DNA of 64,000 nt from Nannocystales bacterium (GTDB lineage Bacteria > Myxococcota_A > Polyangia > Nannocystales > Nannocystaceae). The stretch's first letter is position 1; each line of letters begins with the position of its first letter. Below the pieces are notes generated by a model. The model searched no databases and was not told the origin of the DNA. It saw nothing but the letters and a program-made list of their open reading frames with translations. The translations under genes were made by a program, and so were the position numbers. The stretch covers positions 128,001 through 192,000 of the forward strand of contig JBOEGF010000018.1 of NCBI GenBank assembly GCA_050633305.1. The letters run 5' to 3'. Below are positions 47,558 through 60,149 of this stretch, one piece after another.

Positions 47558-48271
47558 CTACGGGACCGCAGGCCGGTCTGCTGGGCGATTCTTGTCTCGG
47601 ACGGTATCAAGCACCGCGTCGACATCCGACTGTTCGACGTTTTGCCGATGGTCTGTGATCCGGAGTCGCAGTCGGTCGCCCTGCGTCTGGGCGATCAAGA
47701 TCTGATTCACCGTGCCGACGACGGGGTCGAGGTGCACGGTGACCGATCGGAACGTCTTGCGGACGACGGAGCCACGCGCGGGCAGGAGCTCCAGCCGGAA
47801 GCTCCGACGCGGAACGTCGACGCGCATGCCCTCGATGAGCGAGCGCTCTCCGCCTTCTTCGACCGGCGGGGGCGCAAAGAGCCGGAGCAGAATGGTGGAG
47901 AGCCACTGTTGGGCTTCGCGAAGACCAGGTTCGACTGCGGGCGGAGAGGCGAGCGTCGGTTGGTTGGAGAGGATGGTCACCGACTCGCCCTCAACCAGCG
48001 TCGACGAGCCCACGAGGCCGTCGTCGCGCATGAGAAGCGTGGTCGGGGCATCGAAGACGAGTGACCCCTGGGTGACCAAGGGTTCGTCGAGCAGGGAGGT
48101 CTCGCGGGTGGTCACGAGCCGTGCCATGACGTTCTTGGTGCGGCGGGCGTAGTTGGCCCACAGCTCGAGACGGTTCTGCAGCAGCCGTTGGTCGGCGGCG
48201 AGCACGAGGTTGGGACCAAGCAGACCCGCGGCAACACCACCGCAGAGCAGAGTTCTTCGACGCAGTGTCAC
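47558..48271 (-). CDS. LolA-like outer-membrane lipoprotein carrier family protein
   Basis: RRR signal; TSLLDEPLVTQGSLVFDAP..L; LELLP; GDRLRL. Confidence 0.65.
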   Translation of the reverse strand: MTLRRRTLLCGGVAAGLLGPNLVLAADQRLLQNRLELWANYARRTKNVMARLVTTRETSLLDEPLVTQGSLVFDAPTTLLMRDDGLVGSSTLVEGESVTILSNQPTLASPPAVEPGLREAQQWLSTILLRLFAPPPVEEGGERSLIEGMRVDVPRRSFRLELLPARGSVVRKTFRSVTVHLDPVVGTVNQILIAQTQGDRLRLRITDHRQNVEQSDVDAVLDTVRDKNRPADRPAVP

Positions 48272-50556
48272 GCTGAGTCCTCCGGTTCGGAGCTGGGGGT
48301 GGTGGGGCGCTCGAGCAGGGCAGAGAGTCCGGGCCCGACGAACAGTCCGATGCCTGAGGCCAGCAGCGAGCCTGTCGCGGCGGTGATCCCGAGGTCGGCC
48401 CACAACGCGATGGGGCTGGCCGCGAGCGCGAGACCGGCGGTGGCTTGTGCGACGCCAGCGGCGAGGACCCCGGTCGCGAAGACGGGGGCCCGGGACTCCG
48501 CGCTCCGGCACGAACCCGCGGCTGCGAGCGTTGCCGCTGCGCCGGACACGAGGAAGACGGGCAGGAGGGCCGGCGACAGAGAGATGCCCAACAGACGCAT
48601 CGCGATGAGGATGCCGGCTTGGGTACTGGCGCCCGCGATCGCTGCGGCGATGGCGGCCGAGAACCGTCGGACGGCCAGCCAAACAATGAAGGCGGCGAGC
48701 CACAGCTGGGCAACGGCCGCAACTCCCAGACGCTGGTGAAAGGTGGACGCTTGCATCCGGCCGCCGATCGCTGGACCCTGAACGAGCAGGGTCCGCCCGT
48801 CGGGGGTTTCCAGAGCCGGCGGGAGCACGTCGGGGTCAGGGGCGAGGTGGATACGGGCCTGCAGCGCGACGCCGCCGGGGCGTTCGACCAAGTATCCACG
48901 AATCCACCGTCCCAACGGGCCCTCGAGTGCAGCCGCGGGGGTGGGGACCTGGTCGGGGTCGGCGGCGCTGCGAAGGAACTCGCCGAACGCCGCGGGGCGG
49001 AAACCTCGGGCGCTGAGCAACTCGCGCAACTTGGTGAGGCGTTCGCCGAGCTTGAGCTTGGCAAGCCCAACACGTCGACGTTGGAGCTCTTCGGAGGGCA
49101 GGACGAGCGCGCCGGGGGTGTCGACGACCCGGGCTTCGGTGGGGAGCAGCGTCGAGAGCAGGGACGCGTCGTCGGCGGCACGGGTCAGTGCTTGCTCGGC
49201 GTCCTCGCCCTCGGTGTGGGTGGTGGCGACGAGGCCGGGGTCGAAGTAGGTCTCGCGGACGTGGGCCAGGGCCTTGGATGCAGGTGCGACCTCGAGGCGG
49301 TCGGCGCCGCGGTATCGCAACTCGCCCAGTGCCCACCACCCGCCGACCACGGTGCCGACGCACAGGGCGAGCGCGAAGACCGGGCTGGGCCGAAGCACGA
49401 TCCGGGGGTTCCGGTCGGTCTGCGGAACCCGGAGAACTTCGTGCAGCGCGGGCAGCACAACACGGGTGATGCCCCGCATGGTCACGATGGAGCCCGCCCA
49501 AAGTGGTGCCCAACGAGTCCACAGGTCGAACTCGAGGACGGCCAGCGGGGCGAGGGCACTGGCGAGGATGAGAAGTCCCGCCCAGCCCGCAGACGAGACG
49601 CGGGACAGCGGAAGCGTTGCGCTACTGGCGACGCCCAGCGCCAGGATGAGGAGCGGGGCAGAGAGTGGGGTGAGCGGGACGAACGTGACGCAGGCCAGGG
49701 CCCCGGAGGCGATGCACAGCAGCGCAGCGATCGTGCGTCGGACGTTGCGCATCGCGGCGGCGATGACCAGGGTCATGCTGGCGAGGGCAACCCACAGGGC
49801 GTTGGGGAGCGCCGCGTTTGCGGCATCTTCTGCCGTGCTGCGGCGTGCGGTCGGGCCGACATCGGTGATGCGAACCGCGTCACCAACCGACTGCGATGCG
49901 AGGGCAGCGAGGTCTTGCCCGGAGCGTGTGCTTCGGGTGGCCATCAACAGCGAGCGGCCGTCGTTTGCCAACAGGTCACCGCCCGGGGTTGGGGCGGCTT
50001 GGCTGGCCAATGCCGGGGCGTCCCAGGACGCACGCGCCTCGGCGCCTATGGTGAGCTCGCGCAGGCGCAAAGGGTCTCGGCGAGACTCGGACATCGTCAG
50101 TCCGAAGAACGCGGAGGACATCGACGCCCGGAGCGCGTCGACCGAAGCGCGAATGTTGTCGTCGGTGAGCCGCTGTTCGAGCGCTTCGTGGGTGGACGTC
50201 GGCAACAGGTAGAGCGCGTGTGCGTCGAGCCAACCGTCCCGTTCCGCGGCCGGGGCGACGATCGGGATCCACGCCGAGTCGAGAACCTCGTGCACGCGGT
50301 CGGCGATGGACAGGAGCTCATCGCCGGAGAGATCTCCGCCATGCTGGAGCAGGAGATAGCCGGACTCGCGGGCGGCGCGGTGCTCCTGGGGGAGCAGCTC
50401 GTCCACATCGCCCTGCACCCCGGTGTCCAGCGCCCCCATCCAAACGAACGCTCCGCAGGCGGCCAGCCATCCGATGAGGACGAGCCAGGCGTATCGCCGC
50501 GACAGCCGGCTCAAGGAGGGCGGCGCGGTGGCGGCGGCTTTGGGCTGCTCGTCCAC
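48268..50556 (-). CDS. MMPL/RND-like exporter
   Basis: Two TM clusters separated by periplasmic domains; RRDPL motif; start uncertain. Confidence 0.65.
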   Translation of the reverse strand: MDEQPKAAATAPPSLSRLSRRYAWLVLIGWLAACGAFVWMGALDTGVQGDVDELLPQEHRAARESGYLLLQHGGDLSGDELLSIADRVHEVLDSAWIPIVAPAAERDGWLDAHALYLLPTSTHEALEQRLTDDNIRASVDALRASMSSAFFGLTMSESRRDPLRLRELTIGAEARASWDAPALASQAAPTPGGDLLANDGRSLLMATRSTRSGQDLAALASQSVGDAVRITDVGPTARRSTAEDAANAALPNALWVALASMTLVIAAAMRNVRRTIAALLCIASGALACVTFVPLTPLSAPLLILALGVASSATLPLSRVSSAGWAGLLILASALAPLAVLEFDLWTRWAPLWAGSIVTMRGITRVVLPALHEVLRVPQTDRNPRIVLRPSPVFALALCVGTVVGGWWALGELRYRGADRLEVAPASKALAHVRETYFDPGLVATTHTEGEDAEQALTRAADDASLLSTLLPTEARVVDTPGALVLPSEELQRRRVGLAKLKLGERLTKLRELLSARGFRPAAFGEFLRSAADPDQVPTPAAALEGPLGRWIRGYLVERPGGVALQARIHLAPDPDVLPPALETPDGRTLLVQGPAIGGRMQASTFHQRLGVAAVAQLWLAAFIVWLAVRRFSAAIAAAIAGASTQAGILIAMRLLGISLSPALLPVFLVSGAAATLAAAGSCRSAESRAPVFATGVLAAGVAQATAGLALAASPIALWADLGITAATGSLLASGIGLFVGPGLSALLERPTTPSSEPEDSA

Positions 50557-50633
50557 GGTCGGCGGGAGCGTAGCAAGACCCGGCTCTGCCGTGGTGATCC
50601 TCGCGCCCGAACGTGCCGTGGTATGAGGCCACA

Positions 50634-52877
<2,244 letters not shown>

Positions 52878-53237
52878 GCTGGCCGGGCCCCTCGCCTCGC
52901 TGCACGGACCGTCGGTGGGCTCGTGCTCGCCGGTGACGGGAAACGTTTCGCGTCGCGCCTGCGGAACCCGGCATGCTGAAGCCGTGAACAATCGCCCCAT
53001 CCGTTGCAGCCCCTTGGTCGCCTGGGCAACGGTGGCAGAACGCCAGCGACGATCGAGAGAACGCCAGAGCCGATGGATATCGCGGCTCGGCATTGCTTGC
53101 CTCGCTTGCGGAACTCTTCTCGGCCTTGGTTGGCTACTTTTGGAATGCGGGAGGGTGGCTCACGCATAAACCTGGCGCCGATTTGAAACTGTACTTAACG
53201 CTAAAGATGACATAGCTTGCATAGCTGCCGGTTTGTC

Positions 53238-55370
53238 ATGAGACGCTGTGGATCTATACTAAGTGCCCTAATTACAATCGGTTGTAGCTCTTCTCCCGCG
53301 GTCAATGCGGACGAGTCCACGACCGGGTCGGCCTCTTCGACGGGCGAAAGCGCGCTCGATGACTCGTCCTCGGGTGGGCCTGATGGGCCTTCTCTGCTGT
53401 GCGCGAACGGCGAGCCTCTCGTTGGTGGGAACGCTGGCTGGGGTGCGCCACCGTTCGAACCGCCGGTCGAAGGAGAGCCCAGCGACGACGACGACGAGGA
53501 CGGGGATCCCACCGGCGTGGGGTCCGGCTTCATCACCGACCCTGACGGTGGTGGGGTCTCGGTCGAGTGTTCCGTCTGGGATCAAGACTGCGGGGACGGG
53601 GAGAAGTGCGGGCCGTGGGCCAACGACGGTGGACCCCTGCACAACGCAACACGCTGTGTGCCGGTTGCGCCCGACCCCCTGGCTCCGGGCGAACCCTGTG
53701 CCGTGGAAGGCTCGGGCGTCAGCGGCCTGGACGACTGCGACATTGGGGTTGTTTGCTACGACGTGGTCGAGAAGACCTTGGAAGGCACATGTGTCGCGAT
53801 GTGTTCCGGGCCCGAGAGTTCGCCCGTATGTCCGAAAGGGTCATGGTGCAACATTACGAACGACGGCGTCCTCGCGCTGTGCATGCCGGACGAACTCTGC
53901 GTCGACGATGGCGTCTGCCAATGTATGTGCGGCGATGGCATGGACCCGGATTGCAAGAAGGGGCAATGCGACGAGGCTCCGAAGGCCGTGGACCCGCTCG
54001 ACCTCCGTACGGCTCGGTACACCGAGGCCGAGTCCATGTGTCCTGACGACGCGGACCCGGTCGTCTTGTACATGAGCAACGACGACAGCAACTCGCAGGC
54101 CTCCCCGGTCCTCGCGCGTGCGGCGATCCAGAACGGAGGCATCGTCGACCGCTCGCAGCTCCGGATTCACGAGTTTCTGAACTACTACGACCTCAGCTAC
54201 GACAACCCCACCGAGGACGCTGCCACGGTGGGTATTCAAATGCGGCGGACGAATCCCGAGACGGGGGAGTTCACGCTGATGCTCAGCGCGCGAAGCCGCC
54301 AGATGACGGCGGAGCAGCGACCGCCGCTGAACCTGGTGTTCTCACTGGACACCTCCGGGTCGATGGACGGACTGCCGCTGAGCATGATGAAGGAGACGAT
54401 GCGCGCCACCGCCGGGTCTCTGCGGTCGGGGGACACGATCTCGATGGTCACCTGGTCGACCGACCAACTTGTCTTGCTCGATGGTCACGCGGTCGAAGGT
54501 CCTGATGATCCGCAGCTGCTCGCGCTGATCGATGGGCTGTCGGCGTACGGATCCACCGACCTCCACGCGGGGTTGGTCTCGGCATATCAGCTGGCCAACG
54601 AGAACCACATCGACAACGGCATCAACCGGGTGATGTTGGTGAGTGACGGTGGGGCGAATGCCGGGGTCACCGACCTGGACCTGATCGCGAGCGAGTCCTC
54701 CGACAACGATGGCGAAGGGACGTACCTGCTGGGCGTTGGAGTCGGTGACGGCACTGGCTACTCCGACAGTTTGATGGACACGGTGACCGATGCGGGCAAG
54801 GGTGCCTACATCTTCATCGATAGCGCTGCAGAGGCCGAACGCATGCTGGGCGGTCGATTCCTGTCCAACACGATGGTCGTCGCTCGAAACGTTCGAACCC
54901 GGCTCACGCTGCCTTGGTACTTCGGGCTCAAGCGCTTCCATGGGGAAGAGGTCAGCGGCGACCCCACCGAGGTCGAGCCACAACACCTCGGTCCCAACGA
55001 TACGATGACGTTCCACCAGATCATCTCGGCGTGCGACCCGAGCTTGATCTCCGACTGCGACAGCATCGAGGCATCGATCGAGTACACGGATCCCCTGACC
55101 GGGGTGGTCCATACCAACGAGCGCACGGTCGCGATCGAGGACGTGGTCTTGGAGGGCGCCAACGTGCTGCGCAAGGCCGACGTGGTGGTCGGCTATGCGA
55201 AGGCGCTGATGGTCATTGGAATCATGGTGGACAACGGGAACCTCGATGGCGCCGCGACGGTTGCCCAGAACATGGCCACTTGGGCCGAGGTTGCCGCGGA
55301 AGAACTCGATGACCCCGAGGTTGACGAGATCGCGTCACTGCTCGCGATGTACGTGGAGACGCTGAGCTGA
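53238..55370 (+). CDS. Cys-rich lipoprotein with vWA domain
   Basis: Lipobox TIGC; Cys-rich repeats; LDTSGSM, GSTDL, VSDGGAN. Confidence 0.88.
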   Translation: MRRCGSILSALITIGCSSSPAVNADESTTGSASSTGESALDDSSSGGPDGPSLLCANGEPLVGGNAGWGAPPFEPPVEGEPSDDDDEDGDPTGVGSGFITDPDGGGVSVECSVWDQDCGDGEKCGPWANDGGPLHNATRCVPVAPDPLAPGEPCAVEGSGVSGLDDCDIGVVCYDVVEKTLEGTCVAMCSGPESSPVCPKGSWCNITNDGVLALCMPDELCVDDGVCQCMCGDGMDPDCKKGQCDEAPKAVDPLDLRTARYTEAESMCPDDADPVVLYMSNDDSNSQASPVLARAAIQNGGIVDRSQLRIHEFLNYYDLSYDNPTEDAATVGIQMRRTNPETGEFTLMLSARSRQMTAEQRPPLNLVFSLDTSGSMDGLPLSMMKETMRATAGSLRSGDTISMVTWSTDQLVLLDGHAVEGPDDPQLLALIDGLSAYGSTDLHAGLVSAYQLANENHIDNGINRVMLVSDGGANAGVTDLDLIASESSDNDGEGTYLLGVGVGDGTGYSDSLMDTVTDAGKGAYIFIDSAAEAERMLGGRFLSNTMVVARNVRTRLTLPWYFGLKRFHGEEVSGDPTEVEPQHLGPNDTMTFHQIISACDPSLISDCDSIEASIEYTDPLTGVVHTNERTVAIEDVVLEGANVLRKADVVVGYAKALMVIGIMVDNGNLDGAATVAQNMATWAEVAAEELDDPEVDEIASLLAMYVETLS

Positions 55371-55382
55371 GCGGGCCTGCGT

Positions 55383-56228
55383 CTAGCAGCTCTCTGAGTC
55401 CGAGGAGTATCGCAGGAGCGCAGGAGGAATGGGGCCAGGAAGGCCCCCGTCGAACGAGGCGGTGAGGTTGATGGAGGCCTTACCGCGCTTGTCGTGGTGC
55501 TCGACCACGATGCGATGGGTTCCCGCAGGAAGCTGACGGGTCACCGTGCGAGCCTTGCCCGAGACGTTCCAGGCGTTGAGTGCTTTCTTGCCGTCCACGA
55601 ACAGTCGTGCGCCGTCGTTGGCGACGAGGATGAAGTCGACCTTGGTCGGCGCGTCGAGCTCGAGGCACGTGGAGAGCCGGGTCGCGAACTTGTCCTTTGG
55701 CATCGTTTCGTGCGGCGGACCCTTCCACTTGAAGTCCGCGTCGGCGGCCCGGAACGCGACGGAGGGCCCGCGGAACTCCTTGATCGCGAAGATCTCGACG
55801 CGCCACGGTCCGACCGTGGACTCCTGCGTCGTACTGACGGAACCGGAGTACATCCGTAGCGTGAGGATGCCGAGCAAGGCGACGGCCATCAGGGCCCAGG
55901 CCGCGTAGAGCGTGCGTCGGCTCGGCGCCGCCGTTGTCCGCCGCAGGACGCGGACCTGCTCGAGCAGCTCTTCGCGCGAAAGGGTGCTGCTGTCGTTGTC
56001 ATGACGCTGCCAGCTGTCGGCGAACCGGTCTCGCTGCGGTTTGGGGAGTCCTTCGTGCTCGCGAAGTGCCACCGGCAGGTCTGCCGAGTCTTCCAGCTTG
56101 ATCCCCCATGCTTGACGGACGCAGGGGACGGCGAATCGAGGCGCGGCGACGGGGTCGTGGAGGAGGGCCTCCGCCGCGGCGAGAACGTCCTCGAGGGACT
56201 CCTTCGAGAGTTCGTCAGGAGAGGTCAT
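55383..56228 (-). CDS. Membrane-anchored PA14 domain protein
   Basis: TM helix; DKFATR, ANDGARLFVDG, GTHRIVVEH. Confidence 0.8.
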   Translation of the reverse strand: MTSPDELSKESLEDVLAAAEALLHDPVAAPRFAVPCVRQAWGIKLEDSADLPVALREHEGLPKPQRDRFADSWQRHDNDSSTLSREELLEQVRVLRRTTAAPSRRTLYAAWALMAVALLGILTLRMYSGSVSTTQESTVGPWRVEIFAIKEFRGPSVAFRAADADFKWKGPPHETMPKDKFATRLSTCLELDAPTKVDFILVANDGARLFVDGKKALNAWNVSGKARTVTRQLPAGTHRIVVEHHDKRGKASINLTASFDGGLPGPIPPALLRYSSDSESC

Positions 56229-57865
56229 TGCTTTGCCTTCTCGGGCTTCTTTCGCAGATCCCGAATGATCACGATCGGCACGCCATCGCGAACGAGCGCG
56301 GTGAAGATGGGGCGCGACGAGTATTTGTTCCGGCAGTCGGAGCGGGTGCTGCCGATGTGGAAGTCTGGCTTCTCGTCGTCCTTGACGAAGTGCGCTGGCA
56401 GCTCACCGCCGCCACCGCATCCCGAGTACCGGACCTTCTTGGACAGGTAGGTCTCCGGTTCACGCTCCCAGAGCTCGGCGAGAAATTGCCGAACCGCCGG
56501 TCGGTAGCCGCCGCCGTAATAGTCGAGCTCGAAGTTGCCTTCTGCCCCCTGCACGCCGCCCGCGAGTTGGTTGTAGTAGACGTACTGGATCGGATGCAGC
56601 CGGACGATGGTGGCCAGGCTGAAACTCCACGCGATACCGATCGCCGTAGCCAAGACGAGGGCTGCGGGTCGTGAGCGCGCGAGGACGAGTCTGGCGGCGG
56701 CAACGAAACCACCGGCGGCGAATACGGCGAGCGGCGGCATCAAGAACAGGAAGTGGCGAATCCCGCCGTACAGGGTCGACCCCTTGAGAATCGCGTAGGC
56801 CGGCGGGATGAGCACTGCCAAGACCAACAGAGCCCAGCTCGCAGTGCGCCGTAGGTCCCGCTCGCGTAGGAGGAGACGTGGCGCAACGAGAAGGCTCAAC
56901 GCAAGGCCAACAAGCACGAGCTCGGGCAGCTTGAACGCCAGCATCCTCGGGATGTAGTCCCAAGGGATTTCGAAGCCGTACATCTCGACGCCTTCGAACG
57001 GAAACTTGCGCGGCGCGAGGGCGAACTTCGACATGTAGCTGAGCGCGAACACGGGCCGACGAAGCGGCGCCAGCTGAGCCCACGGCCACGCGGCGATCAT
57101 CGCAACCCAAGCCAGGCCGAAGGCCCCCGTGGCGCGACCGCCGAGCTGGAGCAGGCTGCGGGTGTCTCCGAACCGTCGGACCCGGTGTCCGTAGTGGAAG
57201 ACGAACGCGACCGCCAAGCCTAGATAACAAAAGCACAGCAGGCCCGCGACGCGCACGGATGCGGACAACCCCACAAACAGTCCTGCCGAGATCCAATGTC
57301 GACGGGTGAGGTTGGGTGCGGCTCGGACCAACGTGACGATGCCGTACAGCGCCCACACGTAACCGACCGCAAACGGGGCATCCTTGGGGTTGTTGACCGC
57401 GTGGCCCACGAACGCGGGGGTGACCGAGATGAGGAGCAGCGCAACGCATCCGACGGCGGGACCGCCGAGTCTCCTGCCCAGCCGCCACGTCCCCAACAGC
57501 CCCATCCATCCCACGGCAGCGCCAAGGAGGTGCTGCGCGTCGTTTGTGCTGAGGGGAAGCAGGACCCGGACGATGGCGCCCGCGAAGTCGAACGCACCAC
57601 CGTAGAGGTAGTCGCGCGAGTAGGACAGCGCGCGGTCGTCTTCGAACAAGGTGACGAACCAGGCGAGAATCATGTCGCCGTAGGTGACGTGTTTGTCCTC
57701 GTCGAAGGTCTCGCCGAAGTCGTCGAAGACGAGCACGGCCACCACTGCGGCGAAGATCAGCCACAGGACCGAGAGACTGTCCCACCGGCCAAGGTTCCAG
57801 CGAAACCGTGGGAGCCGCCGCAGTATCCAGTTCATGCCGTCATCAATCGGTTCGGGTTGGCGCAC
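56225..57865 (-). CDS. Glycosyltransferase family 39/ArnT-like membrane protein
   Basis: TFDE, YGGAF, GHAVNNPKDAPFA, YGGIRHFLF, DYYG; many TM helices. Confidence 0.85.
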   Translation of the reverse strand: MRQPEPIDDGMNWILRRLPRFRWNLGRWDSLSVLWLIFAAVVAVLVFDDFGETFDEDKHVTYGDMILAWFVTLFEDDRALSYSRDYLYGGAFDFAGAIVRVLLPLSTNDAQHLLGAAVGWMGLLGTWRLGRRLGGPAVGCVALLLISVTPAFVGHAVNNPKDAPFAVGYVWALYGIVTLVRAAPNLTRRHWISAGLFVGLSASVRVAGLLCFCYLGLAVAFVFHYGHRVRRFGDTRSLLQLGGRATGAFGLAWVAMIAAWPWAQLAPLRRPVFALSYMSKFALAPRKFPFEGVEMYGFEIPWDYIPRMLAFKLPELVLVGLALSLLVAPRLLLRERDLRRTASWALLVLAVLIPPAYAILKGSTLYGGIRHFLFLMPPLAVFAAGGFVAAARLVLARSRPAALVLATAIGIAWSFSLATIVRLHPIQYVYYNQLAGGVQGAEGNFELDYYGGGYRPAVRQFLAELWEREPETYLSKKVRYSGCGGGGELPAHFVKDDEKPDFHIGSTRSDCRNKYSSRPIFTALVRDGVPIVIIRDLRKKPEKAKQ

Positions 57866-57968
57866 GACCCGGGGAAGTCAGTTCAAGGGGGAAAACGTGA
57901 ATGTCGGCGGAGCCCGACGTCGCATCATGAATGCGTTGGGAAGGCCGTTTCCTTCAGGAAAAGATCGA

Positions 57969-57984
57969 TGCAACCCAAGTGCCA
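57969..57984 (-). promoter_or_regulatory. Sigma-54 -24/-12 promoter motif
   Basis: Minus strand reads TGGCAC-TTGGG-TTGCA, about 100 nt upstream of the GT39 gene. Confidence 0.7.
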
Positions 57985-58212
57985 CATCTAACACCATCGC
58001 CCGCGCGGCGGTTGCCGATTCTGCGGCGACATTCTCGCCGCGAGGCATGACGTCGATGTCGTGCGTTTCAACAGCTCGGGCTCGGGCGTACGGGGCACGA
58101 CGCACAGCGACCGCTGAAAAGGTAACGACGACCACGCGGCCAATGTCTTCGCCAAGCGAGGCGCGCTGTTGGCAGCGCGGGTGCCCCAGGTTCGCCGGGG
58201 CCGGCCCGCGCG

Positions 58213-59418
58213 TCAGCCGGGGCACTGGGCCGAGGCGCTGGCAAACCCGAATGCTGCAGCGTTGGTGTCGTTGCCCGCCGGTGCGTTGGCGACGGCCCAG
58301 CTCCGACCGGTATCCGTGCTCCGGTAGAAATCGTCCCCGTTCCACGCGATGCCGATGAGGGTGCCCGAGTCCGTGCTGTGAGCGACCGTGGCGATGTCGT
58401 CGCCCTCGAGCGCGAAGCTCATGAACTCCCACTGGGTGCCGTCGGCGCTGTGCCACCCGCCATCGCGACTGCCTGCGTAGAACCCCTCGTCGGTCGCGAT
58501 CACGTCCGAGCGGACGACGACATCACCCGTGCCTGCGCCGAGGGTGTGATGGGTGAACGACACGCCTCCATCGTCGGTGCGGCAAACGTTCCCTGTATCG
58601 GTGACCAAGACGAACACCCCGTCACGGTCCGCGATCCCCCCACGCCGGCTGAGGTTGCCTCCGTCACACGAGCCGGTCGTGGCCAGAGGTTCGGTCCACG
58701 AGGCTCCGTCGGGGCTCTGGTAGATGAGCCCGCCGTCGGCGACCGCGTAGTAGAGCCCATCGCCGAAGCTGCTGTGCGTGACGACGCGAATGTTCCCGTT
58801 GGTTGGAAGCTGTCCGTCCTGGGACCAGGATTGCCCGAGGTCGTCGCTGGTCCAGCTGTCCGAGCCCACCACCGCGACGAATCGGCCCGCGCCGAAGGCG
58901 ATACCCGAGAGCCCACGCGACTCGATGTAGTCCGGCGGGGGGAAGGTTTCCTGCCAATCGATACCGTCCGCGCTCGCCGAGATCCGCGCCGGGTTGCCCC
59001 AACCCATACCCAACAAGAACGCACCCTCGCCCCACGCGACGTCCCGAGAGCTGTACGGGCCATGGTCGTCGTCGTTGACTTCGACAACCTGCTCCGTGCC
59101 CCAGCTCTGTCCGTCGTCACACGAGACCAGCCGCCGGCCACCCTGGCCAAGGGCGACGAACATCGGGACCCCGTCTGAGGGGGTCTGCGTGGTGGAGTCG
59201 GCGCCGCTGCTCGTGTTGTCGGGGTTGTCGGTGCTCGTCCCTGAGGTTGTGCTGACGCTACTGCGGCCGCTCGACTCACCGGAGCCCGTGGTTCCGCTGG
59301 CCTGAGCACCGCTGCTGGCGGCGTCGGTGTCGGTGTTGGCCGTGCCACCGCCGCCGTCACAGGCTGAAGTCGCAACGAGCCCGACCGCCAGCCACACAAC
59401 CGCCCAAGACTTCATCAC
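58213..59418 (-). CDS. Lipoprotein with BNR/Asp-box repeats (beta-propeller)
   Basis: Lipobox TSAC; repeated S.DG..W Asp-boxes. Confidence 0.85.
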   Translation of the reverse strand: MMKSWAVVWLAVGLVATSACDGGGGTANTDTDAASSGAQASGTTGSGESSGRSSVSTTSGTSTDNPDNTSSGADSTTQTPSDGVPMFVALGQGGRRLVSCDDGQSWGTEQVVEVNDDDHGPYSSRDVAWGEGAFLLGMGWGNPARISASADGIDWQETFPPPDYIESRGLSGIAFGAGRFVAVVGSDSWTSDDLGQSWSQDGQLPTNGNIRVVTHSSFGDGLYYAVADGGLIYQSPDGASWTEPLATTGSCDGGNLSRRGGIADRDGVFVLVTDTGNVCRTDDGGVSFTHHTLGAGTGDVVVRSDVIATDEGFYAGSRDGGWHSADGTQWEFMSFALEGDDIATVAHSTDSGTLIGIAWNGDDFYRSTDTGRSWAVANAPAGNDTNAAAFGFASASAQCPG

Positions 59419-60149
59419 GTGCCTGTTGTAGCAGGCTCTCGCGGCGCGATGAACTTGTAGCCAGCTCCACGAATTGAGACGAACAGTTTCGGGGCCTGCG
59501 GGTCGAGCTCAAAGTGGCGTCGCAGTCGCATGATGAAGTTGTCGACCATCCGGCGGTTGGGGTAGTCGCGCAGCTTCCACACCTCTTGCTGGAGCTCCTC
59601 CCGGCTCAGGACGCGCTCAGGATTCTCGACGAAGTAGCGCAGCAAGTCGAACTCGAGCTTCGTCAGGTGCAGCGACTCGCCTTCGCGCTCTGCGGTATGT
59701 CGCTCAAAGTCCACGGTGGCGGTTCCCAGGTGCAGGATCGCCGCCGCAGGGCGCGATTCTTCGCGCTTCTCCCACTCGGCCCGTCGCAGCATGGAGCGAG
59801 CCCGGGCGAGAAGTTCCTCGAGTTCGAACGGCTTGGTGAGGTAGTCGTCGGCGCCCGCGTTGAGTCCCTCCACCCGGTCGTCGAGGCTGGCTTTTGCGGT
59901 CAGCATCAGGATGGGGGTGGTGTTGCCCGTGTCTCGAATACTGCGGCACAAGGTCAGCCCGCTGGTGTCGGGCAGCATCACGTCCAGCACCATGATGTCG
60001 TAGTCGGGCTGGAGCAGCAGTGAGCCCGCCTCGCGTCCCGTGTTCGCGACGTCGACCTCGAACCCCTCGAGTTCGAAGTTCAGCTTGAGACCGGCGGCGA
60101 GGTGGTCCTCATCCTCGACGAGAAGCAGACGTGGTTTGGGCGCATTCAT
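59415..60149 (-). CDS. OmpR/PhoB-family response regulator
   Basis: LVEDE, LDVMLP, GADDYLTKPF, winged-helix IRGAGYKF. Confidence 0.95.
   Translation of the reverse strand: MNAPKPRLLLVEDEDHLAAGLKLNFELEGFEVDVANTGREAGSLLLQPDYDIMVLDVMLPDTSGLTLCRSIRDTGNTTPILMLTAKASLDDRVEGLNAGADDYLTKPFELEELLARARSMLRRAEWEKREESRPAAAILHLGTATVDFERHTAEREGESLHLTKLEFDLLRYFVENPERVLSREELQQEVWKLRDYPNRRMVDNFIMRLRRHFELDPQAPKLFVSIRGAGYKFIAPREPATTGT

Noticed and set aside
53160..53290. Locally AT-richer patch suggesting foreign DNA
   Set aside because: Short and confined to a promoter/signal-peptide region; no mobile-element signature.
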